A stretch of 64,000 bases of DNA from Massalongia carnosa (Eukaryota), in NCBI GenBank assembly GCA_965645245.1, contig OZ287070.1, positions 1,364,001-1,428,000 on the forward strand, written 5' to 3'. Shown here piece after piece: positions 14,140 to 25,960 of the stretch. Within the stretch, counting starts at the first letter, position 1. Each line of letters begins with the position of its first letter. The notes beneath the pieces are model-generated. The model searched no databases. It was not told the origin of the DNA and saw only the letters and a program-made list of their open reading frames with translations. Position numbers and translations under genes: made by a program.

Positions 14140-14444
14140 AACAGCTGATTAATCGATACAAAGTCAAATGCGCCTTTGATGTCGAGTAATAAACATGATA
14201 AAACGTTCTTTTTTCGGTTCGCTATTTCGATATCATGAACGACGGTCATTACTGCGTCAATTGCAGAGTGATTTTTGCGTCCGCCCATCTGTTCGATGTC
14301 TAATAAATTCGAATTTTCGCCGAAGTAGGCAAGGCGATTTGCAACGATTTTCTCAGCAATTTTACCAAGACAGTTAAGTAAAGTGATAATCCGATATGAT
14401 TTTGGCAGCGAATAATCTGATTTATTAGGTTTTTTCAAAACTGC

Positions 14445-17400
14445 TTTTTTTTATTTTTTTTTATTTATTCATTAAGTGTATTCAACCTAAGGTTATGAAA
14501 CTAAACTATTTTAAGATATGGTTTTATTTTACAAATAAATCAACCCTTTATAACCCAACTATCTATCGTCAATATTGCCCCGTTTTTACTCCGTGTTAGT
14601 AACAACCTTTAGTAATCGAAATATCGATTTTAAAATTTGTTTTTGTAAAGCTCGTAAATATTCCAGCATAAATCATTTCTAATTTTACTGTTCGATCTCT
14701 CCCCAACCTCCCGTTTCGATTTTTTCTTCATCGAGCTGACCTAGCATCCATTTTCTAGTCGCGATTTTGTTATCAACAATAAATTTAATCAAAATATTAT
14801 TTCCGATCCTAGTATTAAACAACATTTTTAAAGTAATTGTGGTATCGATATTTTGTTTCATGTTTAGGATTTCATTTGAATAATGTATGCAATTCATCAA
14901 TAAGTGTTCTGGCGTTTGACGTTCGTTGCAGCGCCCTGTGCATTTTGACGAATTATAATCTTTCAATCGGTGCAGATATGATCGAAAATAACCGTGTCCG
15001 AATTTCATTTGCATAATAGTTGCAAATATTAATTTAGAACAATTATTCGACAGATAATAAAAACTCGATTTGCCCGGCTGCATTTCGAATTTCTCATAGT
15101 ATTTGCCTTTTGACTTGCATTGTTGCCATTGATTCGCCCATGTTGCTAACATATTTCGATTTATTTGACCCTTCACATAATCAAATGTTATTATCGAAGA
15201 CTCGACTAGGATTCGACTATGTCCCGCTTTTGCTGCTTTATCTGCAATTTCATTTTCGACGATTTTCGAATGACTAGGAATCCATTGTAGAACCACCTGA
15301 TAATTATTTCCGAATAAGCATTTCGAGAATTTTCGAATTTGTTTTGCGTAAGTATGTTTTGTCAAGTTCTGAATTTCGTTTATCGCGTTTATGCTATCGG
15401 AAAAAATCCAAATCGTTTTTTCCAAATTGAAGAGAATATTCGCAATTGTCAATTTGTATGCCCATTTTATTGCTTGTAGTATCGCATACAGTTCAGCGTT
15501 TTTAACGCTTGACTGTTTGTTTAATTTCCAGCTTTTCGAAATCGTATGATGTTTAAGGAGACAATCTTTTTCGATAAAACGATTGAAGTTATCGGTGAAA
15601 TTGTTCCAATTTCGCGTAATTGGTGCAAATGTGACAGCGCAAGTTGAAAACTCGGTTTTTGATCCATCGGTATAGAGTAAAATTTGCGATTTATCGGCGT
15701 TTATTGATTGAATTTTTGATAAAGTCGAATAATAACTTGACTTTGCTGTTTCTTTTGATCTTTCGATTTGGAACTTGATTTTACAAGACGGCTTCCATGG
15801 TTTGATGAAATTATTTACTGATTCGAATTCATCAGTTTTGTGAACTATATCCGAAACGGAATGAAGAATACGGATAAGCTGACTAGGATGAGGTTTACTC
15901 GATTTTTTCTCGTCTTCGTTCCATTCAGCATATCTGTTGTTCCATAAACTAGTGTTAAAACCAATGTTTTCAAATTTCACCGTATAGGTACTGGGAATTC
16001 TTTGACAAATAGGATTATTTTCGGCAATCTTCAATAATCGAATGGCGTATTTTTGATTTTTCATCAACAATCGTAGCTTGGCTGGTAAAATATGCGATTC
16101 AATTTCCATCGCCTGAACAGGCGTCGTTTTGAATGTGCCTAAAATCTTTCGAATCATTCGATTTTGCAGATTCTGAAATAGCTTTTCATATTTCTTTTGA
16201 CCGTTATACCAGATTTCTGAGCCATAGTCCGAAATAGGAATAATGCATGACAAATAGAGCTGTCTGCATGCAGTTGGCTTTAGTCCCCATTCAGACTTCA
16301 TCAAATTTTGAATTGCGAAAAACGATCGATTTGCAGAAGCAATTCGCGTTTCGACGTGTTTTTTGTAATTTAGTTTTCGGTCTAACCAGACTCCTAACCA
16401 TTTGAAAGAATTTTTCGGTTCTAGTATTGTCCCGTTTGGTAATTGCACTTTGTCTTTTGATGCATTTCTTGACTTTTCGAAGTGAATCAACTCAGATTTG
16501 TCGTCATCAAATTTGACATTATTCGTTGCGGCCCAATCAAAAGTTGTTTTGACGATAATTTCGATTTCTTTGCAATTCTGTGTAGCAGTTTTATTTTCGA
16601 CATATATTGCAACATCGTCTATAAAGCTAGGTGAATGAGCATTGAATTTCATTCGTATTTTCGGAAATAAGTAACGAATATAAATCAGAAATAGAATTGG
16701 CGAAATAGGTGAACCTTGTGGAATTCCAGATTCGATATAGTACGTTTTGCTTTTGTGTTCATCGAATATCAAATTGATCAATCGTTTTGTCATAAAATGC
16801 TTGACCCATTGAATAACTATGCGAGATAAATGCAGCTTTTTCATGACATTTTTTTTTTTTTTATTTATTCATTAAGTGTATTCAACCTAAGGTTATGACA
16901 CTAAACTATTTTAGGATATGTTTCTATATTACAAATAAATCAACCCTTTATAACCCATCTATGTATTGTCAATTTTTCCCCATTTTTACTCCGTATTAGT
17001 AACAACCTATAATAATCGAAAATTATCGATTTTACAATTTATCTTTGTAAGTTCGTAACTGTTTCAGCATAAATCGTTTCTGATTTTACTGTTCGATCTC
17101 TCCCCAACCTCCAGTTTCGAAAATATCGTCATCAAGCTGACCTAGTATCCATTTTCTAGTCGCGATTTTGTTATTGACAATGAATTTAATCAAAATGTCA
17201 TTTCCGATTTTTGTATTAAACAACATATTCAAGTTGATCGTAGTATCGATGGTTTGTTTCATGTTTTGAATTTCATCGAAATAGTGAATGCAATTCAATA
17301 ACAAGTGTTCTGGCGTTTGTCGTTGATTGCATCGATTTGAGCATTTTGACGAATTATAATCTTTCAACCGATGTAAATATGATCGAAAATAGCCGTGTCC

Positions 17401-20400
17401 GAATTTTAATTGCATAATAGTGGCAAATATCAATTTCATGACATTTAGCAATTGATTAATCGAAACAAAGTCAAATGCTCCTTTGACATCGAGTAATAGA
17501 CATGATAAAACGTTTTTGTTTCGGTTTGCGATTTCAATATCATAAACGACGTTCATTACCGCATCGATTGCAGAATGATTTTTCCGTCCGCCCATTTGTT
17601 CGGTATCTAACAAGCTCGAATTTTCGCCGAGGTAGGCTAGTCGATTAGCAACTATTTTCTCCGCAATTTTACCAAGACAATTCAGTAAGGTAATAATTCG
17701 ATATGATTTTGGCAGCGAGTAATCTGGTTTATTAGGTTTTTTTAAAACAGCTCCGATTCCTGTTCGCCAACATAACGGGTGATAACCGATTTGTATAAAT
17801 TTAGAATAAATAGTAAAAAACACGTTTTTCAATGGTTGAAACGATTTTTGAATTATTGTAAAATTGATTGCATCAGGTCCACATGATTTCTTTGGATTAA
17901 ACAAACTAATCGCATTTTGCAATTCATTTTCGGTTAAATTCGGCCAATTGTTGTCATTTTCGCTGTCTTGATTCGTTAAATCTTCAATATTATCATCCGT
18001 GAACGGGTTTTTTGTGTACATTGCTGACACAAACGCATCGCATTTGTGATCGAATTGAACATTTAACTTATTTTCATATTGAATAGGTGGTATTTTTTCG
18101 AACATGCGCGGTTTACTGTATTTATAAGCTGTAAATACGTCTTTATTCGCTGCGTTTTCGAGGAAAGCCAACCAAGTTTGCTGTTTCGCTTTTCGAATTG
18201 CATGAAAGTACTCGATTCGACTATGTCTAAATGTTTGATGACTAAAATAGGACGGATTATTCTTCCATTCTCGACGATTTCTACACATGATTTTTCGAAG
18301 TCTGGATAAATCTTGCGACCACTAATTTTTCGATTTTGCGCATATTTTTGTCTTCGGAATAAACATTTCAGCCGCGTTTTTGATAACGTTTTGCAAATAT
18401 AACGCTGATTCATCAAATTGATAATTGTTCAATAGACTTTGTATTTGGGACTCGTAGTTTATTGCATTTTCGTCTAGAAACTTCGCGAATTTATCCCAAT
18501 CGGCTATATTGCAGTTGTATTTATTCGATAATGCGGTTGCGTGTGACGTCAAGTTCTTGAAAGACGCGATAAGTTCAAATCGAATAACTTCATGATCTGA
18601 ACCCGTGACTGCGTTTTCATCGATTGGCCAATTTGTAATTGCGTTTTCGATTTTAGAATTTGCAAATGTTAAATCAATAATAGATGAAGAGTTTCCTGAA
18701 TGAGCAAAAAATGTATATAGATCAGGCGTATTTATCAAACTACATTTGTTTAATTTTAACCATTTGACTAGATTTTCTGATCGAATTGCATTTTGAATCT
18801 TCGAATTCCACCAGCTATGATGTGCATTGAAATCTCCACATATGACAAATTGATCAGTTGATATAGGTTGATATTTAACTAAAAGTCGATCGATTGTATA
18901 TGTTTCTCGATCGTTTAGACTTTTTTAATTGTAAAGGTTAAAGATCTGCACTTTTCGAACTTCATCAATTGTAATTTCGATAATTTGCAGATCAGTATCG
19001 TTTATAAGATCCGTTCTAGGCGTGCATTGTAATTTTGGATTGCATTTTGTAACGAATATAGCTACTCTCGGCCGATAAGTCGCTATTTTCGGCATAATAC
19101 ATGTGAATGACGGATGGGAAATTGTTTTTTGATCTCGCGTCCATGGTTCCTGAAATAAAACAATATCAACACGATTTAATACTGCATATTCCAGACACGA
19201 AATCAATGCATTCGTTGACTTTGCACAATTATGTTGAATAAATTTGACATTTTGTGTATTTTCGATATTTGTCAACGAATGTTGTCCCGCCATTAACCTA
19301 GCATTAATTCATCATTCGATTTTCTAGGATTTAGCGAGATAAACATTTCGCAACCTATATCGTTCGATTGATGATTTTTGTTGCAATTGACGCATTTCAG
19401 AATTGCATGTGCGCATGCGATTTTAGACTTGCATGTTGTGCATTCATGATTATGCGTTTCATGACTTTGTGCGCATATATTGCATTTTGCCGGACTTTTG
19501 CATTGATAATGCTTATGTCCAAATTTCTGACAATTAATACATTGCGTGTTTGGACGAACGGAAGCAAATATTTCCGTGTCACAATGTCTACCCGCGATAT
19601 TCACGCCTCTTAACGCGTTTGACGCTTGATTTTGATTATTGAAAGTCAAAACTACCGACGACGTGACTTTTTTGACGATCCCGAGCAAGCCATCTTGGTA
19701 AATCGCATAGTTGCATATTCGAATTGTATTTTTCGATTTCGGTTTGCAAATATTGCATGTTATTATCGAATAACGAGATATTTACTCCGTGTGCTATGAC
19801 TTTAAACCAGGATTCGTCTTTTCGAATTCTTTGTGATTCGAAAATGTGTTCCCATGAAGATTTATTTTTCAACAATTCTTCGGCATTGTTGTCAGGGCTA
19901 GTGGTGAGAACGATATTCTGACCGGTTTTGGACTTTTCAACAGTATTGACGATGATGTTTAAATTTGCGTTTTTTAATAGCGCGTTAATTTGATCACGCA
20001 GCTTCATAGAGTCGATTTGAGCGTCAGGATTTTTCGGTGAAATCACGAGTCGTCTGGCCTTGATTACATCAAATCGATCGACTTTGTTCGAATTATGATT
20101 CGAACTTTTCCTTTGAATAGTAGTCCAATTTTCGGAGTTTTCGGTTGCTTTTCCAAGCATTTGACTCCATGTACCGGTTGTGCTAACATTGTTACCAGAG
20201 ACCCCGGTGGCTCCTTTGCGAATGGTCTGATTTTCGATATTTGAATTTTCGTTCAATTTAACAACAAGTTTTTGGATTTTTGGACCATTCTGTAGTGGAG
20301 TCGTTTGTTATTGTGACGTTTTTGAGGAAAGATGACTAGTTTGATCAAGTACTATGCCCATTTTATAGTTAATCATATCTAAGGATGTTTGTAAATTGAT

Positions 20401-21161
20401 TGATTTTTTCGAAATCAACGAATTAACGTTGTCAATTACGATAGCCGTTTGTGGATTTTGGTCCAGTTCAAATGATTGCAATAATGCTTTTTTGGCCGAC
20501 TTTAGAAGCTCAATTGAATTTGCCCGATTGATCGCTTCTTGGCTATCTCTCGAATGTTCGTCAAATGTGCGTCTTTTATTTCGTTTGATTGGTGGACTTG
20601 ATCCAATGTTTAAGTTCAATGAAGGCATCGGCAAGATAATGGAAAATGGACCCGATGGGAATTTCGTTGCCTTTGGTGTCGGTGTTGACGGGGCTGATGC
20701 ATATTCGCGAGTTTGATCCATAGGTTCAAGACGGGGAGAGCTCCCTATCAACGCCACCGGAGATGGTCCGGGGGAGTGTCGGGGGGGGGCCGGGTAAGGG
20801 GTCGATAGGGGGGCGGGACCGGCTGGGGGTGGTGTCCTTGGTATATTCCGGCGGTTCATTACCGCGTTAAACATGGATTTATAAATAAATCGATGTTGCC
20901 TTTGCTATATCCCCTTTATCGCCACCAAATAATTTATTCTGACGTTCCCCGGACGTAATAGTCAGAATAGAGAGTTTTTACGCCGATTTACTGGTCTAAA
21001 GACTCTTGCTTTCCAAACCCTATTTATTTGACAATAACAAGTCAAATAAATCCTAGTCGAGTTAAAATAGACCGTTCCTCGCTTAGGCAATAGATCTTAT
21101 TTAACTCTTTACCTTGACACTACGATATATGGAATATAATAAGAATTTTACGATCGAACAG

Positions 21162-21192
<31 letters not shown>

Positions 21193-21794
21193 TTTGATCC
21201 AGAAATAAAAATCAAGTACAATGAGAGAGAGGAGACTTCCTATTTTGGTTAGCCTGAAACAGGGCCTTTTGTTTAACCCTATTTCAGACGTTTTTCCCCT
21301 TCGTTTCAGCAGATTGTTGGTCGGCAGTTCAACGAAAATCAAAAAATCCCAAAATGGAATAGTGTATACGGTACCGGTAACCTTAAATTTCAAATGAACA
21401 CCAAGAAGTTTTGTTGTCTCGAGAACAGGTTGTACAGTTACGCGACAGTGATGATATTTTGTAGATAATTTTTGTGATAATAGATGAGATCTATGCGAAA
21501 ATTAAACCGAAGAAATATCGAAAATCGAGCGATTTTTGTTGTTGTTGTTGGTGTTTTTGTGTTTTGTAGATTTTTTGGACGCGCTTTTTGGTGAAGGGGC
21601 GGACAGACTGCGAGGAAAACTCTGCAGGAGCAGTGGAAGAGCTCTCCTGTACCCAATTCTGATGGGTTTTAGCTTCTGGTAGGCTCAAATGAATGAGAAG
21701 AATGAGGAGAATAAGTTGGGAAAGTTTCAGTATATCAAAATATAGGGTACCGATGTTTTGGGGGTTGGCTTTTTGCTGATAGTCACTGAAAACG
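14445..21794 (-). mobile_element. Full-length divergent LINE subfamily copy B inserted in A; ORF1 (19293-20874) and ORF2 (14685-19293) disrupted
   Basis: Poly(T); TSD TTTTCAAAACTGC at 14432-14444 and 21795-21807; several stops and frameshifts. Confidence 0.92.
16852..17433 (-). mobile_element. ~580-bp 5'-truncated LINE (copy C) inserted in B
   Basis: TSD TTTCATGACATTT at 16839-16851 and 17434-17446. Confidence 0.92.
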
Positions 21795-21883
21795 TTTTCA
21801 AAACTGCACCGAGTCCTGTCCGCCAGCATAACGGATGATAACCGGTTTGAATGAATTTTGAATAAATCATAAAAAACACGTTT

Positions 21884-21931
21884 CAGTCTCCGACGAGAGA
21901 GTTGAGAGAGTCAGAGCCGGCTGACCGTCTG
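21884..21931. other. 48-bp foreign insertion with a 5-bp duplication CGTTT in ORF2 of A
   Basis: Other copies read aaaaacacgtttttcaacg; here cgttt[CAG...CTG]cgttt. Confidence 0.8.
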
Positions 21932-23480
21932 CGTTTTTCAACGATTGAAACGATTTTTGAACAATTGTAAAATTGATTGCATCAGGGCCACATGCTTTTT
22001 TCGGATTAAACAAACTAATCGCATTTTGCAACTCGTTTTCGGTCAAATCCGGCCAATTATTGTCATCTTCGTTGTCTTGATTCGATAAGTCTTCGACATT
22101 ATCGTCTATAAATGGGTTTTTTGTGTACATTGCTGCAACAAATGCATCGCATTTGTCATCGAATTGAACATTTAACTTATTTTCATTTTGAATTGGTGGT
22201 ATTTTTTCGAATATGCGCGGTTTAGTGTATTTATACGCTGTAAATACGTCTTTATTCGCTGCATTTTCTAGAAAAGTCAACCAAGTTTGTTGTTTTGCTT
22301 TTCGAATTGCATGAAAATATTCGATTCGGCTATGTTTAAAGGTTCTATGACCAAAATCGGAGGGATAATTCTTCCATTCTCGACGATGTCTAGACATAAT
22401 TTTTCGGAGTTCAGTTAAATCTTGCGACCACCAATTTTTTGATTTTGCACATATTTTGGTCTTCGGAATAAACATTTTAGCTGCGTCTTTAATAATATCT
22501 TGCAAATAGATCGCTGATTCGTCGAATTGATGATTATTCAATAAACTTTGAACCTGTGTTTCGTAGTTTATTGAATTTTCAACTAAAAACTTCGCGAACT
22601 TGTCCCAATCGGCTTTATTGCAATTGTATTTGTTTGATAATGCGGTTGCATGTGTCGTCAAATTCTTGAAAGATGCGATTAATTCAAATCGAATGACTTC
22701 ATGATCTGAACCTGTGACTGCGTTTTCATCGATTGACCAATTTGTTATTGCATTTTCGATTTTAGAATTTGCAAATGTTAAATCAATAACAGATGAAGAA
22801 CTTCCAGAATGGGCGTAAAATGTAAATAAATCAGACGTATTAATCAAACTACACTTTTTTGATTTTAACCATTTCACTAGATTTTCAGATTGAATTGCAT
22901 GCTGAATTTTCGAATTCCACCAGTTATGATGTGCATTGAAATCTCCACATATTACAAATTGATCATTGAATGTAGGTTGATATTTGACTATTAGTCGGTC
23001 GATTGTATATGTTTCCCGATCGTTTTGACTTTTTTCATTGTAAATGTTGATAATCTGTACTTTTCGAATATCATCAATTGTAATCTGGATAATTTGCATA
23101 TCGGGATCGTCAATAAGATCCGTTCTAGGCGTGCATTGAAGTTTCGAATTGCATTTAGTGACAAATACAGCTACTCTCGAGCGATAAGCTGCTATTTTCG
23201 GCATAATGCATGTGAATGACGGATGAGAAATAGTTTTTTGATCGCGTGTCCAAGGTTCCTGAAATAAAACAATATCAATTTGATTTAATACTGCGTATTC
23301 CAGACACGAAATCATTGCATTCGTTGACTTTGCACAATTGTGTTGAATAAATTTGAGATTTTGTGTATTTTCGATGTTTGTCAACGAATGTTGTCCTGCC
23401 ATTACAACACGGACAATTCGTCAGTCGATTTTCGAACGTTTAACGATGCAATCATTTCACATCGTTCATCATTTGACTGA

Positions 23481-25233
23481 CTAAGAATGATAAAATAGAG
23501 TTGACATCTCCTTCGTGAAGTCTCTATCCCAGTTTTCGTTCATCTCACTGGTGCGTTTTACGGCCCAAGACTATTGATGAATTCTACGATTGGGGTGAAC
23601 GACGTCCCTTTCGCCCAGGTCAAACCCAGTTTACTCCTTAAGCATATATCAAGGGCGAGTCTAGCCGTAGCCCATGCGCCGGCGAACCGACGGGGTCTCG
23701 TTACGAGCGAGATAGACATTCCCTGCTCTATATACACCGACATGCGCATACTATCCTCTCGGGCTATGCAGACGGTCTCCGTACGGTGGCCGCCATTGCA
23801 TACCACGCCTCACGGGTTTTTTACGCCCACTTCGCGTTATTCATAAAGGTCTCCCGTTTATGAACCGACCATGTCTCGCAAGGATTTCGACAGCTATGCT
23901 TCTGACCAGGCAGTATAGTATCGATTTTCCGTCCCTACTAACCAAAACAAGTCGAGGACAACTCGGAGTGGTGCTCGTTTGAAATTCGTCTATTAGCTCA
24001 GGGCCTAGACTGTTATCAATTAACGGGTTCCTCGTATATTGCCCTCTTCTTGTCCCAAGGGTGTCCTATTTGATGACTAGGTTGCCTCCACCATCCCCGG
24101 TACGACTCCGGTTCGGGCCGTGTTGCTCACGGTAGCCATCAATCGGATGGTTTTCATAACCCAAATCCCTTGTATCGTGTAGGGTGTGACCCTACACTAT
24201 GTGTCTATATGTTTTATTTCTTTCAGCCGGAGGGCTCCGTGTTGTAGACGAAGGAGACCCGTGTGATAGACATAGCTGACCCGTGTCGTACGTCTTTAGC
24301 TCTCAGCCGATTACTGCATGAAAGGACTTGAACCTTTAAGAGTATGACCGAACGTTGTTAACGAGATCTATGAAAATCTTATTAACGAGGTCTTCGAGAA
24401 CAATATTAACGATGTTCCGCTGAACTCTTTTCATTCGATTTGTGATCCATCGAGGTCTACCCGTGTCAAATCCACACCATGCCCGTGTCAAAATACATTA
24501 TTTTCAGCTGATGACTGCTAGAAAGGACTTGAACCTCTAAAAATATGTACTCCGATATTAACGGGGTGCAGATCTGTCTTAACGAGCCCCCGCAGAACCC
24601 CCTTCACAGGGACGTGTTATTGATTTGTGACTGTGTTTTTTGTGACTGTATGTTTGTGACTGTGTGATTTGTGAGTGTGTGCTTTGTACAACGTGTGATT
24701 GATGACTATGTGTTTTGTGACTTTGTTTTCCTGGATTTTATTTAACAGGCCGGGCCTATTAAATGGGATATTGTTATTCTGCTCCGAGATAGAGTTTTCT
24801 TGAGGTGACAGCATTCGCCCCGGTGCCTTTACGCGTTCTGTTGATCCCAGCTGATGACTGCATAGGGAGACTTGAACTCTCAGGAGCTAGAACGCGTGTC
24901 GACAGTGCCCGGGTGGGGGATGATGCGGCTCCTTTGGTCCACATCTTCTTCCAGCTGATGACTGCATGAAGGGACTTGAACCCTTAGAAGCATGGTGCAG
25001 GGACGCGCGCATTCTACCCCCCGGCGGTTGGCCTTCGTATCCTCTTCCGTACGTACGTCTGCGACGCGTGTGAACGCGTTAAATTAGCATTGTTTTGATG
25101 CGAAGAGATAGGAGCAAATCTATGTTTGACGGTCGCCCCACGGTGAGGCCTTTGGCGTCTCCGTGGTGAGTACCGATGGTAACTTGTTCATTTAACAATC
25201 ATGAATTGTAATGATACTGTCACGCGAATGATC
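23481..25233 (-). ncRNA. Putative retrocopied structured non-coding RNA of unknown origin
   Basis: Not homologous to the LINE, no ORF over 90 aa, many hairpins, four conserved 35-nt modules; lies inside the TSD of insertion A. Confidence 0.55.
24304..24986. repeat. Four dispersed 35-nt modules, consensus CAGCTGATGACTGCATGAAGGGACTTGAACCCTTA (24304, 24505, 24848, 24952)
   Basis: Direct sequence comparison; minus strand reads GGTTCAAGTCC (T-loop/B-box). Confidence 0.9.
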
Positions 25234-25960
25234 CCTTAAACGCGTTAAAAGGCGTAAATATCGCGGGAAAACACTGTGACACGGAAATATTTACTTCCGT
25301 TCGTCCGAATATACAATTTATTAATTGTCAAAAATTCGGACACAAGCATTATCAGTGTCGAAACAAATCAAAATGCAATATTTGTGCACAAAATCATGAA
25401 ACACGTAATCATGAATGCATAACATGCAAATCGAAAACTGCGTGTGCACACGTTGTTGTAAAATGTGCAAACTGCAATAAAAATCATCAATCAAATGATG
25501 AACATTGTGAAATGTTTACTGCATTGAATCCACGAAAATCGGCTGACGAATTATCCGCCTTATAATGGCAGGACAGCATTCGTTGGTAAATATAGAAAAT
25601 ACTCACAATGTCAAATTTATTCAACACAACTGTGGAAGGTCAACGAATGCAATGACTTCGTGTTTGGAATATGCTTTATCAAATCAAATTGATATTGTTT
25701 TATTTCAGGAACCATGGACACGAGATCAAAAAACAATATCACATCCGTCATTTACATGCATTTTGCCGAAAATAGCGACTTATCGCTCGAGAGTAGCTAT
25801 ATTTGTCACAAAATGCAATCCCAAACTGCAATGCACGCCTAGAACGGATCTTATTGACGATTCCGATATGCAAATTATTGAAATTACAATTGATGAAGTT
25901 CGCAAAGTGCAGATTTTCAATATTTATAACGAAAAAAGTCAAAATGATCGAGAAATATAC

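Larger units (their letters stand above)
10557..25233 (-). mobile_element. Chimeric LINE insertion A (LINE parts 10557-12970, 14140-14444, 21795-23480) with a foreign 5' segment 23481-25233
   Basis: Poly(T) at 10557; TSD CCTTAAACGCGTT at 10544-10556 and 25234-25246; empty site present in copy F near 33600. Confidence 0.88.

Noticed and set aside
24505..24545. Hammerhead ribozyme reading (CTGATGA...GAAA...TC on the plus strand)
   Set aside because: Only this copy has both motifs; GAAA varies as part of a covarying stem, helix II cannot form and helix I pairs poorly. A cleavage assay would settle it.
24304..24986. CRISPR array or tRNA gene cluster
   Set aside because: Irregular spacing, eukaryotic TE context, no cas genes, no full cloverleaf
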